Assembly: GCA_964016885.1 (NCBI GenBank)
Contig: CAXHJY010000961.1
Span: forward strand, 62,001 to 126,000
Direction: 5' to 3'
DNA: 64,000 bases
DNA from: Eledone cirrhosa
Lineage: Eukaryota
The notes under the pieces are model-generated. The model did no database searches. It saw only the letters and a list, made by a program, of their open reading frames with translations, and was not told the DNA's origin. The first letter of the stretch is position 1. Every line of letters starts with the position of its first letter. The position numbers and the translations under genes were made by a program. Shown here in pieces: positions 38,919 through 54,429 of this stretch.

Positions 38919-39313
38919 AGGTGAGATGGAAGGTAGGCGTAATGGGAGACGAGTTGAAGGAGAGGAAGTCGAAGAGTGGCCTGCGTGAATGCGTCTAAAC
39001 GTTGCGTGTTCTAGTGTGTGTGTATGTGTGTGTCGGTAGGGGGGGGGGTTATGTGTGTGTGTGGGTATGTCTGTGTGTATGTGTGTGTCGGTAGGGGAGG
39101 TTATGTGTGTTTGTGTATGGATATGTCTGTGTGTATGTGTGTGTCGGTAGGGGGGGTTATGTGTGTGTGTGGATATGTCTGTGTGTATGTGTGTGTTGGT
39201 GGGGGGGGGTTATGTGTGCGTGTGGATATGTCTGTGTGTATGTGTGTGTCGGAAGGGGGAGGGTCATGTGTGTTTGTGTGTGGATATGTCTGTGTGTGTG
39301 TGGGGGGAGTATA

Positions 39314-39362
<49 letters not shown>

Positions 39363-40384
39363 TAGTTTCTGTACATGCGCATTTTATATATGTGTGTCTG
39401 TATGCATGTGTGGGTAGAAGGAAAACAGTGACGGCGGTGGCGCTGGTAGTGGTAGTGGTGGTGGTGGTGGTGGTGGTAGCGGTGGGGGAGGGGAGGACGT
39501 TGAATACGAATCGATTTTGTTTAAGGTTATAGAACCACTTAAAAGATATATTCTCGGGACTGGGAGAACGGAATTGAGTTAGTATGGGCTGTGCTCAATA
39601 TATATTCAATTAGATATGACATTCGTAGAAATATAATGAAAAACAGAAAAAAGGAAGAAAGAGAAGAAAAAGAAGGAGGGGGAGGGAAGCGAGTGGAGGA
39701 GTAGGAAGAGGAAAAGGGGGGAAAAGAAGATGAAGGGGAAGGAAGGGAATCTTCACACTGTCGTGTTCGTGTTTGGGAAAGTATATTATAATTACAGAGA
39801 TAAGAGAGAGGGAGTGAGTGAGTGAGAGAGAGAGAGAGGGGTGGTGGTGGAGGGAGTAGGAAAAGAAAGAGAAGCAGAGAAAAGGAGAGAGAGAGAGAGA
39901 AAGAGAGGGAGAGAAAAGGGGTGAAATAACTCGAATTTTACTCTTGGGAGTATTGAAGAAAATAAAAGCTAGTTGTTGAATTTGCAGAGATAATGGGTAG
40001 AGTTATTAAGAAGCGGAAAACAGCAACATCATCAGCATCTGCAGCTAAACTGGCAACACAGCACTTAAAACAGCCAAAATAGCAACAAAAATAGCTACAA
40101 CAGCAGTTAAAACTGTAACAATGGAGGTTCAAACAGCAGTAAAAACAGCAAACACTACATTAAAGAATAAAAACAGCTGCAATAAAAACAGCAACAACTG
40201 CAGTAAAAACAACAACAATTACAATAACAACAGCAGCAACTGCAGTCAAACAGCGACAACTGCAATAAAACAGCAACAACTAGAGTAACTAGCAACAACT
40301 ACAGTAAAAACAGCAACAATTGCAGTAAAAGCAGCAACCGCTACAGTAAAAACAGCAACAACTGCCATGAAAACAGCAACAACA

Positions 40385-40510
40385 GAACAAACAATAGAAT
40401 GCAGTGAAGATATATATCACTTTAACGTTTGATATAGTAAGAAAACAGTCTTAAAGTTTCGGACGTTAGTCCTTCATCAGAAGGTAGAATGAGAAATAAA
40501 AGAAGAAAGA
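40385..40510 (-). mobile_element. Third copy of the family-A 3' UTR/HHR segment
   Basis: Minus strand tatttctcattct..cttctgatgaaggacta.cgtc.gaaac.ttaagact...ctatatcaa.cgttaa aligns to 2290-2375. Confidence 0.65.
40449..40484 (-). ncRNA. Minimal type I hammerhead motif (family A)
   Basis: cctt-CTGATGA-a-ggac-taac-gtcc-GAAAC-ttt^-aaga; perfect 4-bp stem II. Confidence 0.6.
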
Positions 40511-40600
40511 TCGTGTAGGGCGAGAAGAGGAAGAAACAAAAACATTTTTTCTTTTGGTGGGCGGGGGAGCACGTGTGTGCTCAGTCACTCATTTTGGGGG

Positions 40601-42767
40601 AAATTCTGATCAGAAGGTATCTTAAATTCTGATCAGAGGGTATCTTAAATTCTGATTAGAGAGTATCTTAAATTCTGATCAGAGAGTATCTTAAATTCTG
40701 ATCAGATGGTATCTTAAATTCTGATCAGAGAGTATCTTAAATTCTGATCAGAGAGTATCTTAAATTCTGATAAGAGAGTATCTTAAATTCTGATCAGATG
40801 GTATCTTAAATTCTGATCAGAGAGTATCTTAAATTCTGATCAGAGAGTATCTTAAATTCTGATCAGAGAGTATCTTAAATTCTGATCAGAGAGTATCTTA
40901 AATTCTGATCAGAGAGTATCTTAAATTCTGATCAGAGAGTATCTTAAATTCTGATCAGAGAGTATCTTAAATTCTGATCAGATGGTATCTTAAATTCTGA
41001 TCAGAGAGTATCTTAAATTCTGATCAGAGAGTATCTTAAATTCTGATCAGAGAGTATCTTAAATTCTGATCAGATGGTATCTTAAATTCTGATCAGAGAG
41101 TATCTTAAATTCTGATCAGAGAGTATCTTAAATTCTGATAAGAGAGTATCTTAAATTCTGATCAGATGGTATCTTAAATTCTGATCAGAGAGTATCTTAA
41201 ATTCTGATCAGAGAGTATCTTAAATTCTGATCAGAGAGTATCTTAAATTCTGATCAGATGGTATCTTAAATTCTGATCAGAGAGTATCTTAAATTCTGAT
41301 CAGAGAGTATCTTAAATTCTGATCAGAGAGTATCTTAAATTCTGATAAGAGAGTATCTTAAATTCTGATCAGATGGTATCTTAAATTCTGATCAGAGAGT
41401 ATCTTAAATTCTGATCAGAGAGTATCTTAAATTCTGATCAGAGAGTATCTTAAATTCTGATAAGAGAGTATCTTAAATTCTGATCAGATGGTATCTTAAA
41501 TTCTGATCAGAGAGTATCTTAAATTCTGATCAGAGAGTATCTTAAATTCTGATCAGAGAGTATCTTAAATTCTGATCAGAGAGTATCTTAAATTCTGATC
41601 AGAGAGTATCTTAAATTCTGATCAGAGAGTATCTTAAATTCTGATCAGATGGTATCTTAAATTCTGATCAGAGAGTATCTTAAATTCTGATCAGAGAGTA
41701 TCTTAAATTCTGATCAGAGAGTATCTTAAATTCTGATCAGAGAGTATCTTAAATTCTGATCAGAGAGTATCTTAAATTCTGATCAGATGGTATCTTAAAT
41801 TCTGATCAGAGAGTATCTTAAATTCTGATCAGAGAGTATCTTAAATTCTGATAAGAGAGTATCTTAAATTCTGATCAGATGGTATCTTAAATTCTGATCA
41901 GAGAGTATCTTAAATTCTGATCAGAGAGTATCTTAAATTCTGATCAGAGAGTATCTTAAATTCTGATAAGAGAGTATCTTAAATTCTGATCAGATGGTAT
42001 CTTAAATTCTGATCAGAGAGTATCTTAAATTCTGATCAGAGAGTATCTTAAATTCTGATCAGAGAGTATCTTAAATTCTGATCAGAGAGTATCTTAAATT
42101 CTGATTGATGGTATCTTAAATTCTGATCAGAGAGTATCTTAAATTATGATCAGAGAGTATCTTAAATTATGATCAGAGAGTATCTTACATTCTGATCAGA
42201 TGGTATCTTAAATTCTGATCAGAGAGTATCTTAAATTATGATCAGAGAGTATCTTAAATTCTGATCAGAGAGTATCTTACATTCTGATTAGAGGGTATCT
42301 TAAATTCTGATCAGAGAGTATCTTAAATTATGATCAGAGAGTATCTTAAATTCTGATCAGAGAGTATCTTACATTCTGATCAGATGGTATCTTAAATTCT
42401 GATCAGAGAGTATCTTAAATTCTGATTAGAGAGTATCTTAAATTCTGATCAGAGAGTATCTTAAATTCTGATCAGAGAGTATCTTAAATTCTGATCAGAG
42501 AGTATCTTAAATTCTGATTAGAGAGTATCTTAAATTCTGATCAGAGAGTATCTTAAATTCTGATCAGAGAGTATCTTAAATTCTGATCAGAGAGTATCTT
42601 AAATTCTGATCAGAGAGTATCTTAAATTCTGATCAGAGAGTATCTTAAATTCTGATCAGAGAGTATCTTAAATTCTGATCAGAGGGTATCTTAAATTCTG
42701 ATCAGAGAGTATCTTAAATTCTGATCAGAGAGTATCTTACATTCTGATCAGAGGGTATCTTAAATTC
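40601..42767. repeat. 23-bp satellite (aaattctgatcagagagtatctt), ~94 copies
   Basis: Homogeneous tandem with internal palindrome tctgatcaga; recurrent variants gatcagatgg and gataagagag. Confidence 0.95.
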
Positions 42768-42976
42768 GTTTATGTGCCCGTGACTTAGTGGTTCAACAAA
42801 AGAGGACAAAAAATAGATCGATGAAATAAGTACCAGAATTGATTAATGAAATAAGTAGAGGGTCTATCTGTATCAAGACAGTGGCCCAGTATGGCCCCAG
42901 TCTACTGGTTAAAACCAGTAAAAGAACAAGACAATAAAAGAAGAGAGAGAGAAGTGGGGTGTTATAAGCAATAGGG

Positions 42977-43039
<63 letters not shown>

Positions 43040-43334
43040 GGCGTGTTATAAGCAATAGGGTGGAATCCAGACGCTGTATAACATGTTAGGTAATTAATAG
43101 AATAAACCTGATTATTGTTGCCAACAATATAAACATGGTTATCTAAGATTAAGGATTATATAAACTAAATCTAGAAATTAATTGATAACTCAATATCAGT
43201 GAAGAGGAAATGTTATGTCTGATCTCTCCGACTTCTCTCTCTCTCTCACTCTCTCACTCTCTCTCTCTCTCCTTCTCTCTCTCTATCTTATATATACACA
43301 TATATATGTGTGTGTGTGTAAATATATATGTATG

Positions 43335-43378
<44 letters not shown>

Positions 43379-43623
43379 CGTGGGAAAGTGAAAAATCGGA
43401 GAATAGACCGTTAAAACATGTTTATTGAAAATATCACCTACGTACGTTTCGCCCAGTTGTATGTGTGTGTGTATATATATATATAGATATATATATATAG
43501 ATATATATATATACATATATATATCTCTATTAATATATATGTTTATATATATTCATACAAATAAGGGCGAATGCAGGAAAATGAACGAATACAGAGAGTA
43601 GTCCCATCTCAACAGTAGACCGA

Positions 43624-43759
43624 AGGAAAAAGTATGACCCCCGACGGCATGAGCTCTGCCGTCGGGGTCATACTTTTTCCTATTTCCCACTCTACTACCC
43701 TAAGTGTTGAGTACTCTGGTGCGTTATGGTCCGTCTGGTTCCTTACCACAATTCCTTTG

Positions 43760-43762
<3 letters not shown>
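43624..43762 (+). mobile_element. Family C fold-back element, short-arm copy
   Basis: aggaaaaagtatgacccccgacggca-tgagctc-tgccgtcggggtcatactttttcct, then the same tail and (TA)n. Confidence 0.75.
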
Positions 43763-43817
<55 letters not shown>

Positions 43818-43875
43818 AAACGGAACTTGAACCGTTAAGGTCTGATTCCTGTCACTATTTATAAAACAAATTTTG

Positions 43876-43936
43876 TATTTTATCTGATGAGAGCGTACCA
43901 AAGTTTTGGTACCTTTGAAATATATATAATAGAATA
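43876..43936 (+). ncRNA. Type I hammerhead motif (family B), second copy
   Basis: tattttat-CTGATGA-gagc-gtacca-aagttt-tggtac-cttt-GAAA-tatata-TA^-atagaata; downstream homology to 610-705. Confidence 0.55.
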
Positions 43937-44067
43937 AATATGGTTTTACAAATATAGTATCCATCTATTAATATCATTGATATTATACTCCAGAAAATAT
44001 GTCGAGTGCTTCGAATCTGTTATAAATATATTTGTTGAATTACCAACAAATTAAATATTCCTTTGCT

Positions 44068-44118
<51 letters not shown>

Positions 44119-44357
44119 TATGGTTGCTAGGATGCCTCCATAGGCGGTATGCCGGTTGAGCACTCTATGCTCCTTCGGAGCAGAGTACGATAATTAGAAA
44201 GAGAATTTGCTTCGAAACCACTAGACGTATCTGAGGAACTTGTGAATCCAGAGCCAGGTTCGATCCACAAATAAATCGCACCTCAGCTGTTCGCCGGAGA
44301 AACAATTGTAATTCGTAATAAATTGTGTTCCGATGCATCACTGATTCTTCGTTTTCC

Positions 44358-44394
<37 letters not shown>

Positions 44395-44766
44395 GTTGAA
44401 TCGGAACTATATATATATATATATGTGTACACGCGTGCGTATATTTGTGTTAGCGTGTTTACGGGTGTGTAGCGAAATGAAGAACCTTTGTTTGAAGTGA
44501 CATCAACGTATCCCCAATAATTATATTTAATTCTTAAGCCAGCGCCACTTTTTGTCTTTATATTCGACTCTGGGTCAGGATCGAAACCGTGTCATGTCAC
44601 AGACACACCTTAACCAGAGATTACCTTCATATTTCTTTCATGTTTACTTTCTTATTAACCTATATCTGTTATCTTTAATGAAGTCGGCTTTACCTGAGTC
44701 TGTCTGGCGATCTCTTTACCTCTATATCATTAGAGGTAACTACCAATTTTGAATTTATCAGCACAG

Positions 44767-44865
<99 letters not shown>

Positions 44866-44953
44866 TAGGTTGTAACATAAATTCCCGCCGTTTTTTAAAA
44901 CAAACAAATTATAACGACAGCGCGAAGTTATGTTGCATCCCATTATATATATA

Positions 44954-45030
<77 letters not shown>

Positions 45031-45400
45031 ATATAAGTATGTGTAGCAAAATATATCGGTGCATATGTAAAAAAGAAGGAAGAACATGCTACCTTAGGTT
45101 TCAAGGTCCAGTTATGGCCATCTCCCCAGATTGTGCACGGTGATGCAGAATCCGTGGAGGAGCGATCAAAATCGCGATCGAGACATCAGGCTTTGGGACA
45201 TTATACTGTGTGTATGTGTGTGTGTGTGTATATATATAGGAAAAGAGTCAGGACCCCGACGGCTTTGCTCCGGCCGTTTCGATAGCTAGATCCGAACTCA
45301 TATAATTTATTAAGTCTTCAAATTACTTATATAAATAATGAAAAAAGTCGGGGAAGGATAAAAAAGGGCAGATTAGGCTGTATAGTAATGTCAAGTAAAT

Positions 45401-46029
<629 letters not shown>

Positions 46030-46036
<7 letters not shown>

Positions 46037-46387
46037 GTGAGGTTTTTTTTACAAAATGAAAAATAACCGAGGTATCCTACACGAGTGAAAGTATAAAGAA
46101 AAAAAGATGAAATCGAAAATGCAACTGGAGTCTTATTTAAAAAAAAATATATATTTATTTGGTTCCTTTACCGGTTTCGCAGTTCTTCTTCTTTTCAAAA
46201 GTAGAGTTGAGATGGAGTGTCTGTAGTTTTTCTCACAGAGATGTGAGAAAAACTACAGACCCGCCATCTCAACTCTACTTTTGAAAAGAAGAAGAACTGC
46301 GAAACCGGTAAAGGAACCAAATAAATATATATTTTTTTTAAAATAAGACTCCAGTTGCATTTTCGATTTCATCTTTTTTTCTTTATA
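46030..46387 (-). mobile_element. Fold-back element: ~146-bp arms (46092-46237 / 46242-46387) plus a 60-bp tail, between (TA)n tracts
   Basis: 4-nt loop gaga; arms carry GAAAC-cg-GTA (HHR 3' half) then AATAAA. Confidence 0.8.
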
Positions 46388-47252
46388 TATATATATATAT
46401 AAGTGGTTACACAACAGTTAGTTCACCATACCTAACTCGTCCCATGGACTGAGTGCTCTACCACACGGATATTACCTTCCAGTGTTCTACCACTATATAT
46501 ATATATATATATATATGGTACCCCTTAAAAATACACACATTCTAAATAAATTCTAATAAATATATGTATACATTTTTGGGAGAAAACTTTATGGCATTTT
46601 GTGTTTCAAATATTTATATAAACACAGTTGTTCACTATATATGATAGTTGAGAAAAGTGGCTAAAGTACCCCTGGAGACGAATAAAAAGATGTTGGTTCG
46701 ATTCCTCGCGGGCACCTCCGACCATTTTATGTCGTTTCCAGGAGGACTTTACCATATTTTCTGAACTTGTATTTATAGACATCGACTATTTTTATGTATT
46801 GCCGTCATTTGCAATTTCATATTTTCCAACGTTTCTTAAGACAACCACTATATATATATATATAGGGGGGGGGGGGGTTTAAGTGTGTGTGTGCGTGTAT
46901 GAAGGATACAGGGGAAAGACTAACATTGCGATTGCATGTAGTAAATATACTTTGTCCATGATTCCGTTGGTAATTGGAGCGGCAGCTTCTACACAACATT
47001 GCTTCCGCAAAGATAATATTTCACTAGCTTGCCAAATAAAAATAGATAGACGTTAATACAGAAAACGAACAACTGGAAACCAATATATCTCACTTGGTCA
47101 TATAGACACACATTGTTGCATGTATATATATGTGTGTATGTGTGTGTGTGTATACATGGGTATATGTATGTGTGTTTATATGTACAGATATTTATCCATG
47201 GATAAATGTATGTATATATATGTGTGTGTTTGTGTGTGTATTTATATATTTG

Positions 47253-47294
<42 letters not shown>

Positions 47295-48013
47295 ATATAT
47301 GTATATATATATATATGTATATATACATTTCTATGCATATTTATATATATGTATATCTATAGATGTCTGTGTACGTGCGTGTGTGTGTGTATCTATTTTG
47401 TGTATGTTTATATTTATATACATATGTGTGTGTATGTGTATGTGCAAGGGTACATGTATGTGTATATTTAGTTATTAATACATAGATACACGTATATATA
47501 TATATATATATATATATAGATGTGTGTGTATATATAAGGGTGCATGTATGTGTGTATATATTTAGCTATCAATACATAGATACACGTATATATATGTGTG
47601 TATGTTTGTGTGTGTATGTGTGTGTACGCGTGTGTATGAATCTATTTATATTAATATGTTTATATATATTATATAAATATATGTGCGTGTGTATATGTGT
47701 GTGAATATGAGAAGATAAGTAAATAATTCTAGAAACATAGAAAGAAGACAAACATTGGAACTGTAAGAGTATCTGGTGTGAAGAATGTAAGATAAGTTCT
47801 TTGAGAATTCTTAATTACCAGTTTAATTCTCATTTACATATATCCAGCTAGACTACTAATCCTGCCTTGTAATATGAACAAGGAGTGGGTTGGTACTGAC
47901 ATATATATATATATACAGGCACACACACATATACACATATATACACACACATATATATATATATATTTATATTTATATATATATATATATTTACATATAT
48001 TTATATTTATATT

Positions 48014-48045
<32 letters not shown>

Positions 48046-48159
48046 AATGAATAAACATACTACTACTACTACTACTACCACTACTGCTGCTATTACTGCT
48101 ACTACTTCAACGATATAGTTAATTCAAAACAACAAAAACAAAATGCAATAATAATGGTT

Positions 48160-48560
48160 TATGATTTAAGCACAAGCCCAACAATTTTAGGGAGGAAAGG
48201 GGAAAGTCGATTAAATCGACCTCAATATTTTACTGGTAGTTTATTTTATCGAGACCGTAAGGATAAAAAGTAAAGCTAACCTCAGCGGGATTTGAAACCA
48301 CAACGTAAAAGAACGTATCTATATATCGCAAAGCATGTTGTCCGACACTGTACCAATTCTGCCATTACACCACCCTTAATGGCTTCTAATTTAAATATTA
48401 GGCCAGTAATTTGAGGGGAAGGGAACAGTCGATTATAGTTTAGTGACCCCAGTACTTAACTGGTACTTCATTAATTTGGCTCCGGAAGAGTCAATATAAT
48501 AAAGTACCAGGGATTTGAACCCAGAACTTAAAGACCTGAAACAAATACTAACCAACATTA
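48160..48560 (-). mobile_element. Two diverged S1 SINE copies
   Basis: Reverse-complement cores (gtcgattaaatcgac, tactgg, gggatttgaa). Confidence 0.65.
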
Positions 48561-50032
48561 AACAGAAATAAACCCTGTGGATATTTTGAAAAAAAGCGAA
48601 ACAAAAAGTACAGAGCTCAATCCTCACGACATACACAAAACCTCACGTCCTATACACAACACATAAGCAAAACTTCGTCTTATACACTACATACAGAAGC
48701 CGATCGTCACGACTTATACATAACATATATAAACCGATCTCCACGTCGTCTTATATACAAGATACAGAAGCCAAGCCTGACGACTTATACAAGAAATACG
48801 TAACCTAACCCTCATGACTTATACATATACACACCTCACGATTTATACTCAACATATATAACTCAAACCTCCCGAAATATACACAAGACACAAAAGTCAA
48901 ACCTCACGACTTATATACCAAGAAATACGTAACCAAAACCTCACGAATTATACATACATATTACGCACAAAATAACAGCCAAACATCACGACTTATACAA
49001 AACACATAAAAGTCAAACCTCACGATTTATACATAACGTGCGAAAGTCAACCTTGCGACTTATACACCACAAAAAGACCCCAATTATCGTGTTATATTCA
49101 TAACATACAGAAAATAACCCCAGTAAACACTGCACACATATTACATAATGTGTCCCAGAACATACATATATACACAACAGAGAGAAAATAGTACACACAC
49201 ATTATCTAAGATAACTCAGGACTTACACAGCTACACAATATTCAGAAAATAACATTACTAGGCACTATACATGTGTAGTACGTAGAGTATACTGGACTTA
49301 CACCACATAAAACATAGCCATACGGGATACTGCATACATATTATATAGAATATACGAGTTAACATATATACAGAACATATCTCGCAATACACATATTACG
49401 TAAAGTACTCATACGTGTTGGACCTTCGTCTGTTTCGATGCCGAATATTCCAGTTGTTTGAACAGCTTGCTCTTACAAATAGTCAAGTATTCTAAATATA
49501 CGTGCTCCCTAAATATAGTTTTTAAGGTGATACATCGGGGCCTCGGTGCGTGACTAGAGTGATCCTTTGAATTACAGAAGCAATTCATTTCTTTTTCTTT
49601 TTTAGCTGATTGAACAAAAGCAATAAGAAATAAAATGCTTTGCTCAAAGACACAACACGCCTCCGGGATTCAAATTCACGTCCTTACGATCGTGAGCTGT
49701 ACATTGTAACCATTAAGCACGTACCTTCACACACATATACATATCAGAGAGAAAGTAACACTCATATATTTGAATTCTGCGTACAAATTATGTAGAATTG
49801 TCTCAGTCTTACACATAGACACAATACACAGAAAACAGCACCAATTGGCACTGCATACAAATTACACTGAGTACTTTCAAAACAATAGAAAAAGAAACAC
49901 ATACAGACTTAAAAGAAAACAGTGCATGCACCCAAAGGAAACCAAAACTGTAATCTGCTGTTGCCGTAAAAGCACGCAGTAAAAATAAGACTATTGGAAT
50001 AATAAAAATAAGAAGAGTGGCAATCAACGAAA

Positions 50033-50133
<101 letters not shown>

Positions 50134-50344
50134 GAAAATAAAACAAACATCCTAAAAGAACAACCTTTAGAAAATCTCAGTCTGCCCTCAGCATTCTTCA
50201 AATCCTTTTATTAACTCCGTACTAAAGATAGTCTGCACGTGTTCCTTCACAAATACTCGAGGTTGACTTTACGATACAAATGATGATATAGTTAAATTCT
50301 TTTACCTTCTAGAGACAGCTTCTATTTTATTATGTTTTTACATC

Positions 50345-50548
50345 GGGGTTATATATATGTTTATCTCGGCTTCAGTCGGGGGTAACCACAATAAGTAAGG
50401 TACTCAATACATAGCAGAGTATAAATATTTAATATAGAAAGGCTTCTACAGGACTAGAACTGTTTCATTCGGTAGAAATCATCAGGTTTCCTGATGATTT
50501 CTACCGAGTGAAGCAGTTCTAGTCCTGTAGAGGCCTTTCTATATTAAA
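50345..50548 (-). mobile_element. Fold-back element whose arms are back-to-back hammerhead cores
   Basis: Arms 50428-50486 / 50490-50548. Minus arm: CTGATGA-tttc-tacc-gaat-GAAAC-agttcta-GTC^-ctgtag. Tail carries 'tattgagtac'. Confidence 0.7.
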
Positions 50549-50725
50549 AAAAAATAGGGACCCTACGGCTGAGCTCTTGCCGTTTCAACAGTTAATTCAA
50601 TTCTTGAAATAGCTGTTAAAGCGGCAAGGGCTCGGTCATCGGGCCCCGACTCTTTATAATATAACCATACTCGACTATCCCAAGTATAGAGTACCCTATC
50701 GAACTAGTTTTAGACTGATTCTATC

Positions 50726-50856
<131 letters not shown>

Positions 50857-51117
50857 GTGCGTGTGTGTGTTTGTGTCTGTCTGTGTGTACTGTTCACGTG
50901 CACATTGAACGCTTTTTAAAGATATTTTCTGTTGTGTACAAATATAAAGTTGTTTCACTATTTCATCGATTACTTGAAAAATCGATTGAACGTGAAACCA
51001 ATAGTTGTAATGTATGTAATTTCAGTGTAAAATAAAATTTATAACCGACTCTTCACTTTTGTATCGAGTTGGTTTTTTATATATCTGCATCGTTAACACT
51101 GTTGTGTGTGTCTTTTG

Positions 51118-51171
<54 letters not shown>

Positions 51172-51184
51172 GTATATATATATG

Positions 51185-51239
<55 letters not shown>

Positions 51240-51246
51240 GTATATA

Positions 51247-51293
<47 letters not shown>

Positions 51294-51316
51294 GTATATA
51301 TATATATATATGTGTA

Positions 51317-51361
<45 letters not shown>

Positions 51362-51411
51362 GTATATATATATATATATATACATATATATATACATATA
51401 TATATATATAC

Positions 51412-51444
<33 letters not shown>

Positions 51445-51619
51445 CACGTATATATATACATATATATATATATGTATATACATATATATATATATATATA
51501 TACATATACATCTACATATATATATATATACATATATATATACATATATATATATACATATATATATATACATATATATATACATATATATATATATACA
51601 CACATATATATATATACAC

Positions 51620-51714
<95 letters not shown>

Positions 51715-51755
51715 CACACATATATATATATACACATATATATATATACATATAT

Positions 51756-51794
<39 letters not shown>

Positions 51795-53178
51795 GTATAT
51801 ACTCACCCACATAGGCATCCACTCATCTTAAGCAAGGCCAACAACCTCCCTGCACTGGTTCCTGTAAAGAGGGGAGTGGAGGGTGAAAGGTGTTTAGGCT
51901 GATTGTAAAACATATAGAGCTGGTGAGGGGGCAGGGGAAGGGTTATATGGACAAGGGAAACAGTAACGTTAGTATAATGATGACGTCACGGAAATAGTCA
52001 GATTCTGTTTTATTGCTGTATTCTGTAAACTCAGTCAATCAATAGACGTGTTCGATCAGGCCGGTGATCAATAGATCGATCCTCTACCAAATCAAACAAT
52101 TGGCCAGTCAATCAATCAATCAATCAGTTTTACCTATTTCAGCTCTGTGGAACAAGTTCAATAGTGGCCCGATATTTTGGGTTATTGGGTAACTAGCCTT
52201 TAATGACGAGGTTTCGTTTTTATGGTTCTAAGAGAAAGGTGAATTGACAGAGGCATTAGTGCGTAGGACAACATGTCTTACGGCATTAGTTCTGGGTCTT
52301 TGCCTTCTATGTCAAATCTAATATCGTCTTAGTTGAGTCGTAGACTTAATCCGCCCTCTAGTTTGATCACAACACTTGGATCTTTGTGGAAATTTAACGG
52401 TGCCCACTTTGTTGTAAGTATTTGTATCAAGTATCCGGGTTAAGGATAACATCCTTCTTAGCTCTTCCTCCTAGACCATCGAACTTTAACGGTACCCATG
52501 TTGTTATAAGCATTTGTGTTGAGTTTAAATTTATTCGGGTTAAGGTTAACATCTTGCCTAGCTCTTCCCCCCACCAGACTCTGAGCCAAATGATTACCAT
52601 TAACGCAATTCTCAGGGAGATTGATCATAACAAGGATGACCCTATAACGAGCTTCCAAACAATCTCTGTCGACGTCGACTGGAACTTTACTCACAAGGCA
52701 TGGGTCAACCAGAGGCTATGGTAGATAAACACTTTCTCAAGATGACATGCAGTCGAGTTGAACCCAGAACTTGATGATTGAGAAGTGAACCTCTTACACA
52801 GTCGGCTATGCTTCGTCCATATAAATTTCATAGAGACAAATTCTGTGGAGAACGCCCGAGGAGGTAAAACACAAAAGAGCCCAAACAGTACGATGAACTA
52901 ATATATAAACATGGCCACTTTAAAATCTATATATACTCATATACAGACGAAAATATAGCTACAGTGAAAACCAAACATAATGGCTGAAAAGGAAAATAAA
53001 TTTCCGGAAACATTTGACCCGAAATTATTTGTTTGACAAAAAAGACTAAATATTATTTAAATGTATTAATATGTTGTCAACTTTGACTATACATTCGTAC
53101 ACAGAAATTTAAGGTTAATACATTCACACCTATATACACCTACATACATACATAGGTTTATATCTGCCAATCTTCTCC

Positions 53179-53225
<47 letters not shown>

Positions 53226-53297
53226 TGTATGTATGTATGTATGTATGTATGTATGTATGCATGTATGTATGTATGTGTGTGTGTGTGTGTGTATTCG

Positions 53298-53339
<42 letters not shown>

Positions 53340-53424
53340 TGTATGTATTTATATGTATTTGTGTATACGCGTCACTCCATCGTAGCTAATGCTAATGAAA
53401 TAATACACACACACACAGACATAT

Positions 53425-53499
<75 letters not shown>

Positions 53500-53602
53500 T
53501 ATATATACATATATATATATGTATATATATACATACATATATATATATATACATACATATATATATATATACATACATATATATATACATATATATATAT
53601 AC

Positions 53603-53635
<33 letters not shown>

Positions 53636-53658
53636 CATATATACATATATATATATAT

Positions 53659-53738
<80 letters not shown>

Positions 53739-53921
53739 GACCATTTATCTATCAATCTATACATCTACAATATTGACATATGTATTCATGCGCACGTAGA
53801 TATATAAAAACACATATACTCACAAACGGTATTTATCTCCAAGCATCCGTCTATATAATTTATCGATATACACATATCTCTACGCACGGCAACACCCATG
53901 AGTGCGTGCACACACATTTAC

Positions 53922-53982
<61 letters not shown>

Positions 53983-54127
53983 GTAATATATATATATATA
54001 TATATATACATATATATATACATATAGTAATATATATATATATATATATATACATATAGTAATATATTTATATATATATATATATATATATACATATACT
54101 AATAAATATATATATATACATATAGTA

Positions 54128-54168
<41 letters not shown>

Positions 54169-54201
54169 GTAATATATATATATATATATATATACATATA
54201 G

Positions 54202-54289
<88 letters not shown>

Positions 54290-54429
54290 GTATGTATTTA
54301 TGTATGCACTCGTTTGTGAAAATGTGTGCGCTCATGTGTGGTCTATATGTGCACGTGAGAGAGAGAGATGGAGAGAGACCATATTCTTAGATACAAGATG
54401 AAAGTGCATTACAGCGTAACATGTAAAAA

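Noticed and set aside
40601-42767. CRISPR-like array of 23-bp palindromic repeats
   Set aside because: Units are contiguous with no unique spacers, there are no cas genes, and the context is eukaryotic.
44862-44945. Mariner-like TIR start (tattaggttgtaacataa)
   Set aside because: Only one end is visible, with no partner TIR or transposase.
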